A stretch of DNA of 64,000 nt from the NCBI RefSeq assembly GCF_009914755.1, contig NC_060926.1; one strand, 5' to 3'. The notes under the pieces were generated by a model. That model was not told the DNA's origin and searched no databases. It saw only the letters and a list, made by a program, of their open reading frames with translations. This document shows positions 25,001 through 38,515 of the stretch, one piece after another. Source of the stretch: the human T2T-CHM13v2.0 reference genome, Homo sapiens. The position numbers and the translations under genes were made by a program. Numbering within the stretch: the first letter of the stretch is position 1; the number at the start of each line of letters is the position of its first letter.

Positions 25001-28000
25001 CTTCTTTGTGATGTTTGCATTCAAGTCACAGAGTTGAACATTCCCTTTCATAGAGCAGGTTTGAAACACTCTTTTTGTAGAATCTGTATGTGGACATTTG
25101 GAGCGCTTTCAGGCCTATGGTGAAAAAGGAAATATCTTCCCCTGAAAACTAGACAGAAGCATTCTCAGAAACTTATTTGTGATGTGCGCCCTCAACTAAC
25201 AGTGTTGAACCTTTCTTTTGATAGAGCAGTTTTGAAACACTCTTTTTGTAATATCTGCAAGAGGATATTTGGATAGCTTTGAGGATTTCGTTGGAAACGG
25301 GATTGTCTTCATATAAACTCTAGACAGAAGCATTCTCAGAAGCTTCAATGGGATGTTTCAATTGAAGTCACAGTGTTGAACAGTTCCTTTCATAGAGCAG
25401 GTTTGAAACACTCTTTTTGTAGTATCTGGAAGTGGACATTTGGAGCGCTCTCAGGACTAAGGTGATAAAGGAAATATCTTCCAATAAAAGCTAGATTGAA
25501 GCAATGTCAGAAACTTTTTCATGACGTATCTACTCAGCTAACAGAGTTGAAACTTTCCTTTGAGAGAGCAGTTTTGAAACACTCTTTTTGTGGAATCTGC
25601 AAGTGGATATTTGTCTAGCTTTGAGGATTTCGTTGGAAACGGGATTACATATAAAAAGCAGACAGCAGCATTCCCAGTAACTTCTTTGTGATGTTTGCAT
25701 TCAAGTCACAGAGTTGAACATTCCCTTTCATAGAGCAGGTTTGAAACACTCTTTTTGTAGTATCTGGATGTGGACATTTGGAGCGCTTTCAGGCCTATGG
25801 TGAAAAAGGAAATATCTTCTCCTGAAAACTAGACAGAAGCATTCTCAGAATCTTATTTGTGATGTGCGCCCTCAACTAACAGTGTTGAAGCTTTCTTTTG
25901 ATAGAGCAGTTTTGAAACACTCTTTTCGTAAAATCTGCAAGAGGATATTTTGATAGCTTTGAGGATTTCGTTGGAAACGAGATTGTCTTCATATAAACTC
26001 TACACAGAAGCATTCTCAGAAGCTTCATTGGGATGTTTCAATTGAAGTCACAGTGTTGAACAGTCCCTGTCATACAGCAGGTTTGAAAAACTCTTTTTGT
26101 AGTATCTGGAAGTGGACATTTGGAGAGATATCAGGAATACGGTGATAAAGGAAATATCTTCCAATAAAAGCTAGATAGAGGCAATGTCAGAAACTTTTTC
26201 ATGATGTATCTACTCAGCTAACAGAGTTGAACCTTTCTTTTGAGAGAGCAGTTTTGAAACACTCTTTTTGTAGTATCTGGAAGTGGACATTTGGAGCGTT
26301 CTCAGGACTACGGTGAAAAAGGAAATATCTTCCAATAAAAGCTAGATAGAAGCAATGTCAGCAACTTTTTCATGATGTATCTACTCAGCTAACAGAGTTG
26401 AACCTTTCTTTTGAGAGAGCAGTTTTGAAACACTCTTTTTGTGGAATCTGCAAGTGGATATTTGTCTAGCTTTGAGGATTTCGTTGGAAACGGGATTACA
26501 TTTAAAAAGCAGACAGCAGCATTCCCAGAACTTCTTTGTGATGTTTGCATTCAAGTCACAGAGTTGAACATTCCCTTTCATAGAGCAGGTTTGAAACACT
26601 CTTTTTGTAGTATCTGTATGTGGACATTTGGAGCGCTTTCAGGCCTATGGTGAAAAAGGAAATATCTTCCCCTGAAAACTAGACAGAAGCATTCTCAGAA
26701 TCTTATTTGTGATGCGCGCCCTCAACTAACAGTGTTGAACCTTTCTTTTGATAGAGCAGTTTTGAAACACTCTTTTTGTAATATCTGCAAGAGGATATTT
26801 GGATAGCTTTGAGGATTTCGTTGGAAACGGGATTGTCTTCATATAAACTCTAGACAGAAGCATTCTCAGAAGCTTCATTGGGATGTTTCAATTGAAGTCA
26901 CAGTGTTGAACAGTCCCTTTCATAGAGCAGGTTTGAAACACTCTTTTTGTAGTATCTGGAAGTGGACATTTGGAGAGATCTCAGGAATACGGTGATAAAG
27001 GAAATATCTTCCAATAAAAGCTAGATAGAAGCAATGTCAGAAACTTTTTCATGATGTATCTACTCAGCTAACAGAGTTGAACCTTTCTTTTGCGAGAGCA
27101 GTTTTGAAACACTCTTTTTGTGGAATCTGCAAGTGGATATTTGTCTAGCTTTGAGGATTTCGTTTGAAACGGGATTACATATAAAAAGCAGACAGCAGCA
27201 TTCCCAGAAACTTCTTTGTGATGTTTGCCTTCAAGTCACAGAGTTGAACATTCCCTTTCATAGAGCAGTTTTGAAACACTCTTTTTGTAGTATCTGTATG
27301 TGGACATTTGGAGCGCTTTCAGGCCTATGGTGAAAAAGGAAATATCTTCCCCTGAAAACTAGACAGAAGCATTCTCAGAAACTTATTTGTAATGTGCGCC
27401 CTCAACTAACAGTGTTGAACTTTTCTTTTGATAGAGCAGTTTTGAAACACTCTTTTTGTAATATCTGCAAGAGGATATTTGGATAGCTTTGAGGATTTCG
27501 TTGGAAACGGGATTGTCTTCATATAAACTCTAGACAGAAGCATTCTCAGAAGCTTCATTGGGATGTTTCAATTGAAGTCACAGTGTTGAACAGTCCCTTT
27601 CATAGAGCAGGTTTGAAACACTCTTTTTGTAGTATCTGGATGTGGACATTTGGAGCGCTTTAAGGCCTATGGTGAAAAAGGAAATATCTTCCCCTGAAAA
27701 CTAGACAGAAGCATTCTCAGAAACTTATTTGTGATGTGCGCCCTCAGCTAACAGTGTTGAAGCTTTCTTTTGATAGAGCAGTTTTGAAACACTCTTTTTG
27801 TGGAATCTGCAAGTGGATATTTGTCTAGCTTTGATTATTTCGTTGGAAACGGGATTACACATAAAAAGCAGACAGCAGCATTCCCAGTAACTTCTTTGTG
27901 ATGTTTGCATTCAAGTCACAGAGTTGAACATTCCCTTTCATAGAGCAGGTTTGAAACACTCTTTTTGTAGTATCTGGATGTGGACATTTGGAGCGCTTTC

Positions 28001-29670
28001 AGGCCTATGGTGAAAAAGGAAATATCTTCCCCTGAAAACTAGACAGAAGCATTCTCAGAAACTTATTTGTGATGTGCGCCCTCAACTAACAGTGTTGAAG
28101 CTTTCTTTTGATAGAGCAGTTTTGAAACACTCTTTTTGTAATATCTGCAAGAGGATATTTGGATAGCTTTGAGGATTTCGTTGGAAACGGGATTGACTTC
28201 ATATAAACTCTAGACAGAAGCATTCTCAGAAGCTTCATTGGGATGTTTCAATTGAAGTCACAGTGTTGAACAGTCCCTTTCATAGAGCAGGTTTGAAACA
28301 CTCTTTTTGTAGTATCTGGAAGTGGACATTTGGAGAGATCTCAGGAATAAGGTGACAAAGGAAATATCTTCCAATAAAAGCTAGATAGAAGCAATGTCAG
28401 AAAATTTCTCATGATGTATCTACTCAGCTAACAGAGTTGAACCTTTGTTTTGAGAGAGCAGTTTTGAAACACTCTTTTTGTGGAATCTGCAAGTGGATAT
28501 TTGTCTAGCTTTGAGGATATCGTTGGAAACGGGATTACATATAAAAAGCAGACAGCAGCATTCCCAGTAACTTCTTTGTGATGTTTGCATTCAAGTCACA
28601 GAGTTGAACATTCCCTTTCATAGAGCAGGTTTGAAACACTCTTTTTGTAGTATCTGGATGTGGACATTTGGAGCGCTTTCAGGCCTATGGTGAAAAAGGA
28701 AATATCTTCCCCTGAAAACTAGACAGAAGCATTCTCAGAATCTTATTTGTGATGTGCGCCCTCAACTAACAGTGTTGAAGCTTTCTTTTGATAGAGCAGT
28801 TTTGAAACACTCTTTTTGTAAAATCTGCAAGAGGATATTTGGATAGCTTTGAGGATTTCGTTGGAAACAGGATTGTCTTCATATAAACTCTAGACAGAAG
28901 CATTCTCAGAAGCTTCATTGGGATGTTTCAATTGAAGTCACAGTGTTGAACAGTCCCTTTCATAGAGCAGGTTTGAAACACTCTTTTTGTAGTATCTGGA
29001 AGTGGACATTTGGAGCGCTCTCAGGACTACGGTGAAAAAGGAAATATCTTCCAATAAAGGCTACATAGAAGCAATGTCAGAAACTTTTTCATGATGTATC
29101 TACTCAGCTAACAGATTTGAACCTTTCTTTTGAGAGAGCAGTTTTGAAACACTCTTTTTGTGGAATCTGCAAGTGGATATTTGTCTAGCTTTGAGGATTT
29201 CGTTGGAAACGGGATTACATATAAAAAGCAGACAGCAGCATTCCCAGAAACTTCTTTGTGATGTTTGCATTCAAGTCACAGAGTTGAACATTCCCTTTCA
29301 TAGAGCAGGTTTGAAACACTCTTTTTGTAGTATCTGTATGTGGACATTTGGAGCGCTTTCAGGCCTATGGTGAAAAAGGAAATATCTTCCCCTGAAAATT
29401 AGACAGAAGCATTCTCAGAAATTTATTTGTGATGTGCGCCCTCAACTAACAGTGTTGAAGCTTTCTTTTGATAGCGCAGTTTTGAAACACTCTTTTTGTA
29501 AAATCTGCAAGAGGATATTTGGATAGCTTTGAGGATTTCGTTGGAAACGGGATTGTCTTCATATAAACTCTAGACAGAAGCATTCTCAGAAGCTTCATTG
29601 GGATGTTTCAATTGAAGTCACAGTGTTGAACAGTCCCTTTCATAGAGCAGGTTTGAAACACTCTTTTTGT
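16100..29670 (+). repeat. 7477-bp (44-monomer) super-repeat, two interrupted copies
   Basis: Identical variant ORFs offset by exactly 7477 (16242/23719, 16580/24057, 17431/24908, 18964/26441, 21681/29158) plus many shared private SNPs. Ends approximate. Confidence 0.9.
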
Positions 29671-32600
29671 AGTATCTGGATGTGGACATTTGGAGCGCTT
29701 TAAGGCCTATGGTGAAAAAGGAAATATCTTCCCCTGAAAACTAGACAGAAGCATTCTCAGAAACTTATTTGTGATGTGCGCCCTCAGCTAACAGTGTTGA
29801 AGCTTTCTTTTGATAGAGCAGTTTTGAAACACTCTTTTTGTGGAATCTGCAAGTGGATATTTGTCTAGCTTTGATTATTTCGTTGGAAACGAGATTACAC
29901 ATAAAAAGCAGACAGCAGCATTCCCAGTAACTTCTTTGTGATGTTTGCATTCAAGTCACAGAGTTGAACATTCCCTTTCATAGAGCAGGTTTGAAACACT
30001 CTTTTTGTAGTATCTGGATGTGGACATTTGGAGCGCTTTCAGGCCTATGGTGAAAAAGGAAATATCTTCCCCTGAAAACTAGACAGAAGCATTCTCAGAA
30101 ACTTATTTGTGATGTGCGCCCTCAACTAACAGTGTTGAACCTTTCTTTTGATAGAGCAGTTTTGAAACACTCTTTTTGTAATATCTGCAAGAGGATATTT
30201 GGATAGCTTTGAGGATTTCGTTGGAAACGGGATTGACTTCATATAAACTCTAGACAGAAGCATTCTCAGAAGCTTCATTGGGATGTTTCAATTGAAGTCA
30301 CAGTGTTGAACAGTCCCTTTCATAGAGCAGGTTTGAAACACTCTTTTTGTAGTATCTGGAAGTGGACATTTGGAGAGATCTCAGGAATAAGGTGACAAAG
30401 GAAATATCTTCCAATAAAAGCTAGATAGAAGCAATGTCAGAAAATTTCTCATGATGTATCTACTCAGCTAACAGAGTTGAACCTTCTTTTGAGAGAGCAG
30501 TTTTGAAACACTCTTTTTGTGGAATCTGCAAGTGGATATTTGTCTAGCTTTGAGGATATCGTTGGAAACGGGATTACATATAAAAAGCAGACAGCAGCAT
30601 TCCCAGAAACTTCTTTGTGATGTTTGCATTCAAGTCACAGAGTTGAACATTCCCTTTCATAGAGCAGGTTTGAAACACTCTTTTTGTAGTATCTGGATGT
30701 GGACATTTGGAGCGCTTTCAGGCCTATGGTGAAAAAGGAAATATCTTCCCCTGAAAATTAGACAGAAGCATTCTCAGAAATTTATTTGTGATGTGCGCCC
30801 TCAACTAACAGTGTTGAAGCTTTCTTTTGATAGCGCAGTTTTGAAACACTCTTTTTGTAAAATCTGCAAGAGGATATTTGGATAGCTTTGAGGATTTCGT
30901 TGGAAACGGGATTGTCTTCATATAAACTCTAGACAGAAGCATTCTCAGAAGCTTCATTGGGATGTTTCAATTGAAGTCACAGTGTTGAACAGTCCCTTTC
31001 ATAGAGCAGGTTTGAAACACTCTTTTTGTAGTATCTGGAAGTGGACATTTGGAGCGCTCTCAGGACTGCGGTGAAAAAGGAAATATCTTCCAATAAAAGC
31101 TAGATAGAAGCAATGTCAGAAACTTTTTCATGATGTATCTACTCAGCTAACAGAGTCGAACCTTCCTTTGAGAGAGCAGTTTTGAAACACTCTTTTTGTG
31201 AAATCTGCAAGTGGATATTTGTCTAGCTTTGAGGATTTCGTTGGAAACGGGATTACATATAAAAAGCAGACAGCAGTATTCCCAGTAACTTCTTTGTGAT
31301 GTTTGCATTCAAGTCACAGAGTTGAACATTCCCTTTCATAGAGCAGGTTTGAAACACTCTTTTTGTAGTATCTGGATGTGGACATTTGGAGTGCTTTCAG
31401 GCCTATGGTGAAAAAGGAAATATCTTCCCCTGAAAACTAGACAGAAGCATTCTCAGAATCTTATTTGTGATGTGCGCCCTCAACTAACAGTGTTGAAGTT
31501 TTCTTTTGATAGAGCAGTTTTGAAACACTCTTTTTGTAAAATCTGCAAGAGTATATTTGGATAGCTTTGAGGATTTCGTTGGAAACGGGATTGTCTTCAT
31601 ATAAACTCTAGACAGAAGCATTCTCAGAAGCCTCATTGGGATGTTTCAATTGAAGTCACAGTGTTGAACAGTCCCTTTCATAGAGCAGGTTTGAAACACT
31701 CTTTTTGTAGTATCTGGATGTGGACATTTGGAGCGCTTTCAGGCCTATGGTGAAAAAGGAAATATCTTCCCCTGAAAACTAGACAGAAGCATTCTCAGAA
31801 ACTTATTTGTGATGTGCGCCCTCAACTAACAGTGTTGAAGCTTTCTTTTGATAGAGCAGTTTTGAAACACTCTTTTTGTGGAATCTGCAAGTGGATATTT
31901 GTCTAGCTTTGAGGATTTCGTTGGAAACGGGATTACATATAAAAAGCAGACAGCAGCATTCCCAGAAACTTCTTTGTGATGTTTGCATTCAAGTCACAGA
32001 GTTGAACTTTCCCTTTCATAGAGCAGGTTTGAAACACTCTTTTTGTAGTATCTGTATGTGCACATTTGGAGCGCTTTCAGGCCTATGGTGAAAAAGGAAA
32101 TATCTTCCCCTGAAAACTAGACAGAAGCATTCTCAGAATCTTATTTGTGATGTGCGCCCTCAACTAACAGTGTTGAAGCTTTCTTTTGATAGAGCAGTTT
32201 TGAAACACTCTTTTTGTAAAATCTGCAAGAGGATATTTGGATAGCTTTGAGGATTTCATTGGAAACGGGATTGTCTTCATATAAACTCTAGACAGAAGCA
32301 TTCTCAGAAGCTTCATTGGGATGTTTCAATTGAAGTCACAGTGTTGAACAGTCCCTTTCATAGAGCAGGTTTGAAACACTCTTTTTGTAGTATCTGGAAG
32401 TGGACATTTGGAGAGATCTCAGGACTACGGTGAAAAAGGAAATATCTTCCAATAAAAGCTAGATAGAAGCAATGTCAGAAACTTTTTCATGATGTGTCTA
32501 CTCAGCTAACAGAGTTGAACCTTTCTTTTGAGAGAGCAGTTTTGAAACCCTCTTTTTGTGGAATCTGCAAGTGGATATTTGTCTAGTTTTGAGGATTTCG

Positions 32601-34339
32601 TTGGAAACGGATTACATATAAAAAGCAGACAGCAGCATTCCCAGAAACTTCTTTGTGATGTTTGCATTCAAGTCACAGAGTTGAACATTCCCTTTCATAG
32701 AGCAGGTTTGAAACACTCTTTTTGTAGTATCTGGATGTGGACATTTGGAGCGCTTTCAGGCCAATGGTGTAAAAGGAAATATCTTCCCCTGAAAACTAGA
32801 CAGAAGCATTCTCAGAATCTTATTTGTGATGTGCGCCCTCAACTAACAGTGTTGAAGCTTTCTTTTGATAGAGCAGTTTTGAAACACTCTTTTTGTAATA
32901 TCTGCAAGAGGATATTTCGATAGCTTTGAGGATTTCGTTGGAAACGGGATTGTCTTCATATAAACTCTAGACAGAAGCATTCTCAGAACCTTCATTGGGA
33001 TGTTTCAATTGAAGTCACAGTGTTGAACAGTTCCTTTCATGGAGCAGGTTTGGAACAGTCTTTTTGTAGTATCTGGAAGTGGACATTTGGAGCGCTCTCA
33101 GGAATACGGTGAAAAAGGAAATATCTTCCAATAAAAGCTACATAGAAGCAATGTCAGAAACTTTTTCATGATGTATCTACTCAGCTAACAGAGTTGAACC
33201 TTTCTTTTGAGAGAGCAGTTTTGAAACACTCTTTTTGTGGAATCTGCAAGTGGATATTTGTCTAGCTTTGAGGATTTCGTTGGAAACGTGATTACATATA
33301 AAAAGCAGACAGCAGCATTCCCAGTAACTTCTTTGTGATGTTTGCATTCAAGTCACAGAGTTGAACATTCCCTTTCATAGAGCAGGTTTGAAACACTCTT
33401 TTTGTAGTATCTGGATGTGGAGATTTGGAGCGCTTTCAGGCCTATGGTGAAAAAGGAAATATCTTCCCCTGAAAACTAGACAGAAGCATTCTCAGAAACT
33501 TATTTGTGACGTGCGCCATCAACTAAGAGTGTTGAACCTTTCTTTTCATAGAGCAGTTTTGAAACACTCTTTTTGTAATATCTGCAAGAGGATATTTGGA
33601 TAGCTTTGAGGATTTCGTTGGAAACGGGATTGTCTTCATATAAACTCTAGACAGAAGCATTCTCAGAAGCTTCATTGGGATGTTTCAATTGAAGTCACAG
33701 TGTTGAACAGTCCCTTTCATAGAGCAGGTTTGAAACACTCTTTTTGTAGTATCTGGAAGTGGACATTTGGAGAGATCTCAGGAATACGGTGATAAAGGAA
33801 ATATCTTCCAATAAAAGCTAGATAGAAGCAATGTCAGAAACTTTTTCATGATGTATCTACTCAGCTAACAGAGTTGAACCTTTCCTTTGAGAGAGCAGTT
33901 TTGAAACACTCTTTTTGTGGAATCTGCAAGTGGATATTTGTCTAGCTTTGAGGATTTCGTTGGAAACGGGATTACATATAAAAAGCAGACAGCAGCATTC
34001 CCAGTAACTTCTTTGTGATGTTTGCATTCAAGTCACAGAGTTGAACATTCCCTTTCATGGAGGAGGTTTGAAACACTCTTTTTGTAGTATCTGGATGTGG
34101 ACATTTGGAGCGCTTTCAGGCCTATGGTGAAAAAGGAAATATCTTCCACTGAAAACTAGACAGAAGCATTCTCAGAATCTTATTTGTGATGTGCGCCCTC
34201 AACTAACAGTGTTGAAGCTTTCTTTTGATAGAGCAGTTTTGAAACACTCTTTTTGTAAAATCTGCAAGAGGATATTTGGATAGCTTTGAGGATTTCGTTG
34301 GAAACGGGATTGTCTTCATATAAACTCTAGACAGAAGCA

Positions 34340-37300
34340 TTCTCAGAAGCTTCATTGGGATGTTTCAATTGAAGTCACAGTGTTGAACAGTCCCTTTCAT
34401 AGAGCAGGTTTGAAACACTCTTTTTGTAGTATCTGGAAGTGGACATTTGGAGAGATCTCAGGAATACGGTGATAAAGGAAATATCTTCCAATAAAAGCTA
34501 GATAGAAGCAATGTCAGAAACTTTTTCATGATGTATCTACTCAGCTAACAGAGTTGAACCTTTCTTTTGCGAGAGCAGTTTTGAAACACTCTTTTTGTGG
34601 AATCTGCAAGTGGATATTTGTCTAGCTTTGAGGATTTCGTTGGAAACGGGATTACATATAAAAAGCAGACAGCAGCATTCCCAGAAACTTCTTTGTGATG
34701 TTTGCCTTCAAGTCACAGAGTTGAACATTCCCTTTCATAGAGCAGTTTTGAAACACTCTTTTTGTAGTATCTGTATGTGGACATTTGGAGCGCTTTCAGG
34801 CCTATGGTGAAAAAGGAAATATCTTCCCCTGAAAACTAGACAGAAGCATTCTCAGAAACTTATTTGTAATGTGCGCCCTCAACTAACAGTGTTGAACTTT
34901 TCTTTTGATAGAGCAGTTTTGAAACACTCTTTTTGTAATATCTGCAAGAGGATATTTGGATAGCTTTGAGGATTTCGTTGGAAACGGGATTGTCTTCATA
35001 TAAACTCTAGACAGAAGCATTCTCAGAAGCTTCATTGGGATGTTTCAATTGAAGTCACAGTGTTGAACAGTTCCTTTCATAGAGCAGGTTTGAAACACTC
35101 TTTTTGTAGTATCTGGAAGTGGACATTTGGAGCGCTCTCAGGACGACGGTGAAAAAGGAAATATCTTCCAATAAAAGCTACATAGAAGCAATGTGAGAAA
35201 CTTTTTCATGACGTATCTACTCAGCTAACAGTGTTGAACCTTTCTTTTGATAGAGCAGTTTTGAAACACTCTTTTTGTGGAATCTGCAAGTGGATATTTG
35301 TCTAGCTTTGAGGATTTCGTTGGAAACGGGATTACATATAAAAAGCAGACAGCAGCATTCCCAGTAACTACTTTGTGATGTTTGCATTCAAGTCACAGAG
35401 TTGAACATTCCCTTTCATAGAGCAGGTTTGAAACACTCTTTTTGTAGTATCTGGATGTGGACATTTGGAGCGCTTTCAGGCTTATGGTGAAAAAGGAAAT
35501 ATCTTCCCCTGAAAACTAGACAGAAGCATTCTCAGAAAATTATTTGTGATGTGCGCCCTCAACTAACAGTGTTGAACCTTTCTTTTGATAGAGCAGATTT
35601 GAAACACTCTTTTTGTAATATCTGCAAGAGGATATTTGGATAGCTTTGAGGATTTCGTTGGAAACGGGATTGTCTTCATATAAACTCTAGACAGAAGCAT
35701 TCTCAGAAGCTTCATTGGGATGTTTCAATTGAAGTCACAGTGTTGAACAGTCCCTTTCATAGAGCAGGTTTGAAACACTCTTTTTGTAGTATCTGGAAGT
35801 GGACATTTGGAGAGATCCGAGGAATACGGTGACAAAGGAAATATCTTCCTATAAAAGCTAGATAGAAGCAATGTCAGAAAATTTTTCATGATGTATCTAC
35901 TCAGCTAACAGAGTTGAACCTTTCTTTTGAGAGAGCAGTTTTGAAACACTCTTTTTGTGGAATCTGCAAGTGGATATTTGTCTAGCTTTGAGGATTTCGT
36001 TGGAAACGGGATTACATATAAAAAGCAGACAACAGCATTCCCAGAAACTTCTTTGTGAAGTTTGCATTCAAGTCACAGAGTTGAACATTCCCTTTCATAG
36101 AGCAGGTTTGAAACACTCTTTTTGTAGTATCTGGATGTGGACATTTGGAGCGCGTTCAGGCCTATGGTGAAAAAGGCAATATCTTCCCCCGAAAACTAGA
36201 CAGAAGCATTCTCAGAATCTTATTTGTGATGTGCGCCCTCAACTAACAGTGTTGAAGATTTCTTTTGATAGAGCAGTTTTGAAACACTCTTTTTGTAAAA
36301 TCTGCAAGAGGATATTTGGATAGCTTTGAGGATTTCCTTGGAAACGGGATTGTCTTCATATAAACTCTAGACAGAAGCATTCTCAGAAGCTTCATTGGGA
36401 TGTTTCAATTGAAGTCACAGTGTTGAACAGTCCCTTTCATAGAGCAGGTTTGAAACACTCTTTTTGTAGTATCTGGAAGTGGACATTTGGAGAGATCTCA
36501 GGAATACGGTGATAAAGGAAATATCTTCCAATAAAAGCTAGATAGAAGCAATGTCAGAAACTTTTTCATGATGTATCTACTCAGCTAACAGAGTTGAACC
36601 TTTCTTTTGCGAGAGCAGTTTTGAAACACTCTTTTTGTGGACTCTGCAAGTGGATATTTGTCTAGCTTTGAGGATTTCGTTGGAAACGGGATTACATATA
36701 AAAAGCAGACAGCAGCATTCCCAGAAACTTCTTTGTGATGTTTGCCTTCAAGTCACAGAGTTGAACATTCCCTTTCATAGAGCAGTTTTGAAACACTCTT
36801 TTTGTAGTATCTGTATGTGGACATTTGGAGCGCTTTCAGGCCTATGGTGAAAAAGGAAATATCTTCCCCTGAAAACTAGACAGAAGCATTCTCAGAAACT
36901 TATTTGTAATGTGCGCCCTCAACTAACAGTGTTGAACTTTTCTTTTGATAGAGCAGTTTTGAAACACTCTTTTTGTAATATCTGCAAGAGGATATTTGGA
37001 TAGCTTTGAGGATTTCGTTGGAAACGGGATTGTCTTCATATAAACTCTAGACAGAAGCATTCTCAGAAGCTTCATTGGGATGTTTCAATTGAAGTCACAG
37101 TGTTGAACAGTTCCTTTCATAGAGCAGGTTTGAAACACTCTTTTTGTAGTATCTGGAAGTGGACATTTGGAGCGCTCTCAGGACGACGGTGAAAAAGGAA
37201 ATATCTTCCAATAAAAGCTACATAGAAGCAATGTGAGAAACTTTTTCATGACGTATCTACTCAGCTAACAGTGTTGAACCTTTCTTTTGATAGAGCAGTT

Positions 37301-38515
37301 TTGAAACACTCTTTTTGTGGAATCTGCAAGTGGATATTTGTCTAGCTTTGAGGATTTCGTTGGAAACGGGATTACATATAAAAAGCAGACAGCAGCATTC
37401 CCAGTAACTACTTTGTGATGTTTGCATTCAAGTCACAGAGTTGAACATTCCCTTTCATAGAGCAGGTTTGAAACACTCTTTTTGTAGTATCTGGATGTGG
37501 ACATTTGGAGCGCTTTCAGGCTTATGGTGAAAAAGGAAATATCTTCCCCTGAAAACTAGACAGAAGCATTCTCAGAAAATTATTTGTGATGTGCGCCCTC
37601 AACTAACAGTGTTGAACCTTTCTTTTGATAGAGCAGATTTGAAACACTCTTTTTGTAATATCTGCAAGAGGATATTTGGATAGCTTTGAGGATTTCGTTG
37701 GAAACGGGATTGTCTTCATATAAACTCTAGACAGAAGCATTCTCAGAAGCTTCATTGGGATGTTTCAATTGAAGTCACAGTGTTGAACAGTCCCTTTCAT
37801 AGAGCAGGTTTGAAACACTCTTTTTGTAGTATCTGGAAGTGGACATTTGGAGAGATCCGAGGAATACGGTGACAAAGGAAATATCTTCCTATAAAAGCTA
37901 GATAGAAGCAATGTCAGAAAATTTTTCATGATGTATCTACTCAGCTAACAGAGTTGAACCTTTCTTTTGAGAGAGCAGTTTTGAAACACTCTTTTTGTGG
38001 AATCTGCAAGTGGATATTTGTCTAGCTTTGAGGATTTCGTTGGAAACGGGATTACATATAAAAAGCAGACAACAGCATTCCCAGAAACTTCTTTGTGAAG
38101 TTTGCATTCAAGTCACAGAGTTGAACATTCCCTTTCATAGAGCAGGTTTGAAACACTCTTTTTGTAGTATCTGGATGTGGACATTTGGAGCGCGTTCAGG
38201 CCTATGGTGAAAAAGGCAATATCTTCCCCCGAAAACTAGACAGAAGCATTCTCAGAATCTTATTTGTGATGTGCGCCCTCAACTAACAGTGTTGAAGATT
38301 TCTTTTGATAGAGCAGTTTTGAAACACTCTTTTTGTAAAATCTGCAAGAGGATATTTGGATAGCTTTGAGGATTTCCTTGGAAACGGGATTGTCTTCATA
38401 TAAACTCTAGACAGAAGCATTCTCAGAAGCTTCATTGGGATGTTTCAATTGAAGTCACAGTGTTGAACAGTCCCTTTCATAGAGCAGGTTTGAAACACTC
38501 TTTTTGTAGTATCTG
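34340..38515 (+). repeat. Near-perfect 2040-bp (12-monomer) tandem duplication
   Basis: Private variants repeated at +2040: TTTGCGAGAG ~34567/36607, GGACGACGGT 35141/37181, ATGTGAGAAA 35191/37231, AGAGATCCGA 35811/37851, GATTTCCTTG 36331/38371. Confidence 0.92.

Noticed and set aside
32558-32923. Longer 121-122 aa ORFs (also 776-1144 and 41053-41421)
   Set aside because: They arise from loss of the TGA in GGTGAAAAAG and, at 32558, a 1-bp deletion in the CENP-B box; incidental read-through.
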